Under the pieces are notes generated by a model. That model ran no database searches. It was not told the origin of the DNA and worked only from the letters and a program-made list of their open reading frames with translations. The translations under genes and the position numbers were made by a program. From the human T2T-CHM13v2.0 reference genome, Homo sapiens, in NCBI RefSeq assembly GCF_009914755.1, contig NC_060930.1: a stretch of DNA of 64,000 nucleotides; one strand, written 5' to 3'. Of the stretch, positions 60,660 to 64,000 are shown piece by piece; the first letter of the stretch is position 1, and each line of letters starts with the position of its first letter.

Positions 60660-61495
60660 TATTTGTTCTATAGATTATTAGGAGAGGTATTAAGATTCCT
60701 GACTATTATTGTGTATTTCTCTATTCCTTCTTGCATTTATAGCCATGTTTGCTTCATATATTTTGGAGCTGTTTTATTATGATGATTTTATTATGATGTC
60801 CTCTTGATTAATTGATGCTTTTAACATTATGAAATAGCACTTTTTATTACTGGTAATATATCTTGTTCTGAATCTACTCTGTCTAATATTAATATAATCA
60901 TGGTAGGTTTATTTTGATTAGTATTAGCGTGTTATGTCTTTTCCAATTATTTCACTTTTAATTTATGCGTGTCTTTATATTTAAAGTTGGATTTGTCAAT
61001 GTTCCATACACTGTGTTCTTATTAATACGTTATGATATATCACCTTTAATTGGGATGTTCAGTCCATTTACATTTAATGTACTTTTTAATATGATGGGTT
61101 AGAGTCTACCATCTTCCTCTTAGTTTTCTGTTTCCCAAATATTCATTATTCCCTTTAATTCTTTTTTTCCTTATTAGGAATTAATTGAGAATTTTTGTAA
61201 TTCCTTTTATCTTCTTTACTAACTTATTTGCTATAACTCTTTATCTTAGTACCTTCTTTAATATACACAATATACATCTTAAAATTATCTCAGTCTTCCT
61301 TCAAATCATATGATACCACCTCACTTGTAGCACAAGAAACTTACAACAGTATACTCCATTTCACCTTCCTGGCCTTTGTGCTATTGTTACTGTGCATTTT
61401 ACTTCTATTTATGTAATAAATCACACAGTATATTATTACTAATTTTACTTTAGTCAATTATCTTCTAAATATATTTAAATAAAAACATATTTTTA
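60660..61495 (-). mobile_element. old L1M ORF2 5' region
   Basis: T-rich reverse L1 (CTACTCTGTCTAATATTAATATA, GTCCATTTACATTTAATGTA). Confidence 0.7.
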
Positions 61496-63256
61496 TACAG
61501 CCATACTTGAGAGATATTCTGGGTTCTGTTTAAGACCACTGCAATAAAGTAAATATCTCAATAAAGTGAGTCACATATGTTTTCTTGTTTCCAGGGCATA
61601 TAAAAGTTATGTTTACACTATACTGAGTCTATTAAGTGTGCAATATCATTATGACTTAATAAACAATATGCACATCTTATTTTGAAAATACTTTATGGCT
61701 AAAAATCACTAACCATAGTCAGAGCTTTCAGCTAGTCATAATCTTTTTGCTAGTGGAGGGTCTTGCCTTGATGTTGATGGCTGCTAACTCATCAGGATGG
61801 TGATTGCTGAAAGTTTATGCAGATGTGCCAATTTCTTAAAATAAGAAAACATGATGTTTCCCACGGTGATTGACTCTTTCTTTCATGAAAAGTTTCTCTG
61901 TAGCATGCAACACTTTTTGATGGTATTTTCCCCACAGTAGAACTTCTTTCAAATTTAGAGTCAATCCTCTAAAACTCTGCTGTTGTTTTATCAGCTAAGT
62001 TTATGTAATATTCTAAATACTTGGTTGTCATTTCAACAATGTTCACAGCATCTTCATCAGGAGCAGATTCCATCACAATACACCACTTTCTTTGCTCATT
62101 CATAAGAGGCAACTCCTCACCTGTTAAAATTTTATCATGAGATTAAAGCAATTCAGACACATCTTCAGGCCACCTCAAATTATAGTTCTCTTACTATTTC
62201 CACCACATTTGTAGTTAATTCCCTCATGGAAGTCTTGAAGCCTGTCAAAATAATTTATGAGGGTTGAAATCAACTCCTTCTAAACTCCTATTAATGTTCA
62301 TATTCTCACCTCTTCCCAAATCATGAATGTTGCCAATGGCATTTAGAATGATTAATCCCTTTTCAGAGGGTGTTCCATTTACTTTGCTCAGATCCATCAA
62401 AGAAACCACTATCTATGGGAGCTATGTAAGCCTTACAATACATTATAAAATGTATTTCTTAAATAATAAGACTTAAAGTCAAAATGACTCCTTGATCCAT
62501 GGGCTGCAGATTGGATGTTGTGATAGCAGAATGAAAACGACATTAATCTCCTCGTACATCTCCATCAGAGCTTGTAGGTAACCTGCATTGTCAATGAGCA
62601 GTAATATTTTGAAAGGAATCTTTTTTTCCTTAGCAGTGGGTCTCAACAGAGGGTTTAAAATATTCAATAAATCCATACTGTGAACAGATGTCCTGTCATC
62701 AAGGTTTTGTTGTTGCACTTATAGAGCAAAGGCAGAACAGATTTTGCATAATTTTCAGGGCTCTATGCTTTTTGGAATGGTAAATAAGTATTGGCTTTCA
62801 CTTAAAATCACTAGCTACGTTAGCTCACCAGCTACATTAACCCCAGCCTGTCCTTCAAAATTTTGAAGCTAGCCATTGACTTCTCCTTCTTAGTTGTTAC
62901 AAAAGTTCTAGATGGCATTTTCTTCCAATATAGACTGTCGGCATTTAAAATCTGTTATTTCATGTAACCACATTCATCAATGATCTTAGCTAGATCTTCT
63001 AGAAAACTTTCTACAGCTTTTATATTAGCACATACTGTTTCATCTTGTACTTTTATGTTATAAAGATGGCTTCTTTACTTAAACATCATGAACCAATCTC
63101 TCCTAGCTTCAAACTTTTCTTCTGCAGTTTCGTCACCTCTGTCACCCTTCACAGAATTGATGAGAATTGGGGCCTTACTCTTGAGGCTTAAGGCAATGTT
63201 GTGGCTTGTTTGATCTTTCATCTAGACCACTAAAACTTTCTCCATATCAGCAATAA

Positions 63257-63567
<311 letters not shown>

Positions 63568-63713
63568 GTTTCACATTCTTATCATTCATGTGTTCACCAG
63601 AGTAGCAATTTTAATTTCCTTCAATAACTTTTCCTTTGCATCCACAATTTGGTTGTTTGGTGCAGAGGCCTAGATTTAAGCCTATGTTGTCTTTTGACAT
63701 GGCTTCCTCCCTA

Positions 63714-63799
63714 TTAATTCTTTCTAGCTTTTGATTTAAAGTGAGAGATATGTGAGTTAATTCTTTCTAGCTTTTGATTTAAAGTGAGAGATGTGTGAC
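63714..63799. repeat. 43-bp tandem duplication in Tigger1
   Basis: TTAATTCTTTCTAGCTTTTGATTTAAAGTGAGAGAT(A/G)TGTGA x2. Confidence 0.92.
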
Positions 63800-64000
63800 T
63801 TTTCCTTTCACTTGAATACATAGAGGCTACTATGGGGTTATTAACTGACCTAATTTCAATGTTGTTGTTTTCTTTTAGAAGACTTGAGGAGAAAAGGAGA
63901 GATGTTGGAATGAACAAGCAGTCCATGGAGCAGTTACACACACTCATCAATTAAGTTTGCTGTCTTATATGAGGGAAATTCATGGTACCCCAAAACAATT

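Overview
AT-rich primate (human-like) genomic DNA dominated by interspersed repeats. I recognise no host protein-coding exon, and almost all ORFs in the track come from L1, Alu, MaLR, Tigger or simple repeats. Main contents: the 5' end of a minus-strand L1PA (1-1094); a complete THE1D-like MaLR provirus (15610-17988); a nested L1MA>L1PA>Alu stack (21.2-26.2 kb); a full-length but inactivated L1PA2/3 (46203-52302); a tailless 5S rRNA retropseudogene; a Tigger1 running off the right edge; seven Alus; many old L1M/L2/MIR/LTR fragments. I found no evidence for a new multi-gene system. The best leads are small-scale: (i) an L1 whose 5' and 3' micro-transductions appear to record three generations of retrotransposition; (ii) a 55-bp-armed hairpin whose six transition mismatches are all G-U compatible on the + strand, split by an Alu; (iii) a dense PBX-HOX/MEIS motif cluster typical of developmental enhancers at ~37.5 kb; (iv) an ancient L1MD-like fragment inside a much younger L1PA; (v) L1 5'UTRs with and without the ZNF93-site segment in one window. 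Subfamily names come from remembered consensus motifs, not from a RepeatMasker run, and boundaries of old repeats are approximate.
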